Under the pieces are notes generated by a model. That model searched no databases and had not been told where the DNA came from. It was given only the letters and a program-made list of their open reading frames with translations. A stretch of 63,379 nucleotides of DNA, filler included, from Asterionella formosa (taxonomy: Eukaryota): the NCBI GenBank assembly GCA_002256025.1. It is 11 parts of 11 records of this genome, joined end to end, with 100 filler letters (N's around TTAATTAATTAA, not from the genome) between each part and the next. Parts side by side here need not be neighbours in the genome. Positions count along the whole stretch, not along the records: positions 60,318 to 61,798 come from NKIB01002254.1; positions 61,899 to 63,379 come from NKIB01002255.1; 9 more parts are not named here. One strand, 5' to 3'. A program made the translations under genes and the position numbers. This document shows, one piece after another, positions 60,322 through 63,379 of the stretch; position 1 is the stretch's first letter; each line of letters begins with the position of its first letter.

Positions 60322-60718
60322 TATATTGATACTTTCTATAGAACGTGATTCTCTAACCAATACGACAAGCAATGGATGTTCATTCTTGGAGCTGGATGCT
60401 GTAACGATTTGCAAGATTGCCTGGCTACTCATACTAAAACTTTCTATAGAACGTGATTCTCTAACCAATACGACAAGCAATGGATGTTCATTCTTGCAGC
60501 TGGATGCTGTAACGATTTGCAAGATTGCCTGGCTACTCATACTTGCAGGAGTCCCTGTTGCTACTATCGGTAGATCAATTCATAGCAAATGAGCCGGCTG
60601 CTCATTCTCATTGCTCGGATTGATTGTCTGTTGTAGAAAGAGGGCAACATTTGCAGAGTGAGTTGATGAGAAAACAAAAGTTGCGAAGCCATGATTTCGG
60701 TTCTGTTGTGCTCCTTAC
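60322..60718. repeat. Inverted copy of 4980-5272 with an internal ~108-bp tandem duplication
   Basis: 60331-60435 is repeated at 60439-60543 almost exactly. Confidence 0.92.
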
Positions 60719-61899
60719 ATCTAAGCCACGTATTACGTGAAGTGACCATCACATAAATAAGCCTAGTTGATTTTGAATGCATCACATGAATTAGTTGAAT
60801 ACATCAAAATACGTAGTTGAATATATCTATATCTTATCTGAATACATCACGTTAAATATTTGATCAAAGTATCATGCATGCATTCCTGATCATCACTAAA
60901 TTACGTCATCACCTTCACGAAATTATTTGAAATACATCAAGTAATTATTTGAAATAGCATTGCCTTATAATTTCGTTCACATAATTCTAGAATAAAGTTC
61001 ACTTAATATGTAACCTAACAGGTAATTATGAGCTTAATGATTAGTGTATCTATATTAGCTCATAGTCAAGGGGAAGAGCCTATAAGGTTAACATTATATA
61101 GGACTTGGTCCACATGACCAAGCGTTGTGAGACTTGTTGCCACTGGCCCTAGCAGCGTATACCACAGCAAGGAGATCTTTCATCGACTGAGCTGCAACAT
61201 TCTCGTTGCCGGCCGTGAGGCAAATACGCGACAGACTCAAAAAAATTTTATTAACCCTACCTCGAGCTAGGGGTTCGGTTCAAATGCAGCAAACCTTAAT
61301 TGGGGAGACAAAACTCACCATTTTTCTCCCCGCCGTATGAAACCTGTCTACCGGTACACTGCCTATAAAATCGCGCAAAACTTGCGTGATCCATCGATTT
61401 CTGGGCCTAGCAGTGTTCGTCTGGGCCACCGGTTTTATTTCCGACTTAATAATTATTTTTTACCTGCATGTCATGTACGATGCAGGTAGTATAATACTGA
61501 GATGTACCGGTAATACGACACTCTATTATTATTAAAACCTGGTACATACCGGTATATGTATTATCTTTGACAATCAAGTCTCATCCTGAATAAACTTTTA
61601 TATTAGCTACTATTTTAACCGACGAACACTATCTGTACCACAGGTCGATATTTTTATGTACATTTGATAAAAGCAAGTTTTTCTTTACCCGTGTTTTGCA
61701 CTGTAGTCATTCTTCTTGGGTACCAGTGCCCCTGGTACTGGCACAGTACATAAATAGGTTTTGATGATTTGGTTGAAACTACATACCCGGTAGGGTATNN
61801 NNNNNNNNNNNNNNNNNNNNNNNNNNNNNNNNNNNNNNNNNNTTAATTAATTAANNNNNNNNNNNNNNNNNNNNNNNNNNNNNNNNNNNNNNNNNNNNG

Positions 61900-63153
61900 A
61901 TAGAATATGTTCAGAAGAAGTTTCAAGACTCTCACACGTTTCATGTACACGCTGGAGGAGTGGACTTGTCTTTTCCTCATCACACTAACGAGATTGCACA
62001 ATCTGAAGCTTACCATTCTGACGAACGCTCCCACGAATGGATTCCTCACTGGGTACATACAGGACACTTGTATATACAAGGCTTGAAGATGTCCAAGTCA
62101 TTAAAGAACTTTATCACAATTAAAGAGCTGCTTGAAGTAGATGCGACCGTGAAGTCGGCGCTATCCGCGCCTGGTGATGACTTTCGCCTCTGGTGTCTAG
62201 GAATTTCTGGATCCTATCGCGGACCTGCAACTTACTCAAGGGACCGAATAGATGAGGCCAGAATGATTCGAGAAAAGATTGTCAAGTTTCTAATGGATGG
62301 AGAGGTATGGATCTTAAAATCTGGGGAGAACGCGCCAAGAAAGTGGACCAATGATGACCACATCCTCTACAGCCTAGGTCAAAACGCGTTTACTCAGTCA
62401 TTGGAAGCATTGATCGGAAATGACCAGCCTTCACGGAAGAACTTTGATCTCGATGGGAAATCATTTATCGATGCAATGGTAAAGATGGTAGAGATCGGCA
62501 ATGCCCATATTCACAAAGTCAAGCCTGGAGATGTCGCGATTGAACCACTCTGTTTCATTCTTAATTCACTAAGAAATCGACTTGGTTTGGTAGGTTTCAC
62601 TGCGGCGACAACTCGTGCCGGACTTGATTTCGCAAAAGAATCCAGCAACCAAAACAGCGTAGTAGGCGGAGAACGAGCTTTGGCTGAGGAATTAGCTCGG
62701 TTCCGGACTGGAGTGAGGCGGGCAGCTTTGCTTGACACCAAGGCCGGGGATGCAACCGCTAACACAAAGTTTATTCTCAAAATATGTGATGATTTGAGAG
62801 ATGAATTCCTACCTTCAATCGGCGTGGAACTGATTGATGCAAAATCTCATGACAATCATTCGCCAAGTTGGCGATTTTGCTTGCCGAAACGACCTCGAGG
62901 TTGACGATGAACAAAATTCACCGGGTCTCGATATTCATGGAAGTGTACACCCTCAGCCGAAACGCTGGATGAATTTTTTCGCTTTGGTCGTTACGAAGGC
63001 CTTTTCTCGGCGTTCGATGGCGACGGCCTTCCGCTGACTAATACCAATAATACTCCAGTTTCGACCATGCTGACTAAAAAGTTAAAGAAGCGAGAATCGT
63101 GTTTCACGAAGCATGCAAAGCGAATGGACAAAACCTCGAAAATCATAAAGTGA
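61900..63153 (+). CDS. CARS: Cysteinyl-tRNA synthetase, C-terminal half (5' cut by contig end); two in-frame TGA at 62902 and 62908
   Basis: [42 protein letters not shown] and CDDLRD. The eukaryotic tail EFFR..FSAFD.DGLP..KKLKK resumes in the same frame after the stops. Confidence 0.88.
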
Positions 63154-63242
63154 ACTATTCTTTATCCACTTTTTTCAAATAATAGCGATGCGAGCAAGCA
63201 AGCATATTCATGATGCCACTGAATTCAATGGTATATCTATAT

Positions 63243-63379
63243 TCATTCAAAGCATCCGTCTTGTTGACAAAAGTCGCCTTGAATGAGGGAAACCTCGACT
63301 TCGTCTTCGAGAAGTTCAGTCTCTTCCAAGCATCGCATTAAATGTGTTCGGGCCTTATCAGTCTCTGAAGTTGGTGTGT
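63243..63379 (-). CDS. Probable 3' end of a convergent gene
   Basis: Open frame TPTSETDKARTHLMRCLEETELLEDEVEVSLIQGDFCQQDGCFE* running in from the window edge. Confidence 0.35.
   Translation of the reverse strand, partial: TPTSETDKARTHLMRCLEETELLEDEVEVSLIQGDFCQQDGCFE

Noticed and set aside
24546..61898. Regularly spaced TTAATTAATTAA motif and ~1.58-kb periodicity
   Set aside because: Artificial linkers joining similar-sized contigs.
49250..63379. Apparent cluster of psb27, 5S, MFS, CysRS and transposases
   Set aside because: The genes are on separate contigs (only 5S and MFS share one), so linkage is not real.

Overview
Eukaryotic nuclear DNA, very probably from a diatom. Evidence: a diatom-type 5S rRNA, nuclear psb27 and Tab2 with bipartite plastid leaders, ~90-200 bp GT-AG introns and diatom-type Copia fragments. 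The window is not one locus. Ten identical 100-bp N44-TTAATTAATTAA-N44 linkers join 11 contigs (1-24545, 24646-49149 and nine of ~1.48 kb), so adjacency across linkers is meaningless. Contig 1 opens with two different ~190-bp satellite arrays joined through a chimeric junction. It then carries an MSS51-like gene, an acidic SEDE-repeat protein, Tab2, and two paralogous membrane-anchored proteins each with two GH20 domains, which flank a transmembrane double-SAP protein. Contig 2 is mostly nested, decayed transposons (Copia LTR, MULE, CryptonS-like, pogo-like, Kolobok-like ends, a MITE) followed by F-box, unknown and PA-RING genes. The small contigs hold Kolobok (KolX plus transposase), Plavaka, Copia RT and gag, psb27, 5S rRNA, an MFS transporter and CysRS. 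Best leads: (1) double-GH20 proteins whose second domain has a conserved re-wired active site; (2) a Crypton-like terminus with a 33-bp palindrome whose arms covary between two copies; (3) a repeated HxD dioxygenase-like cassette next to a Plavaka transposase; (4) a transmembrane 2xSAP protein. All family calls are from motif recognition by eye; no searches were run.
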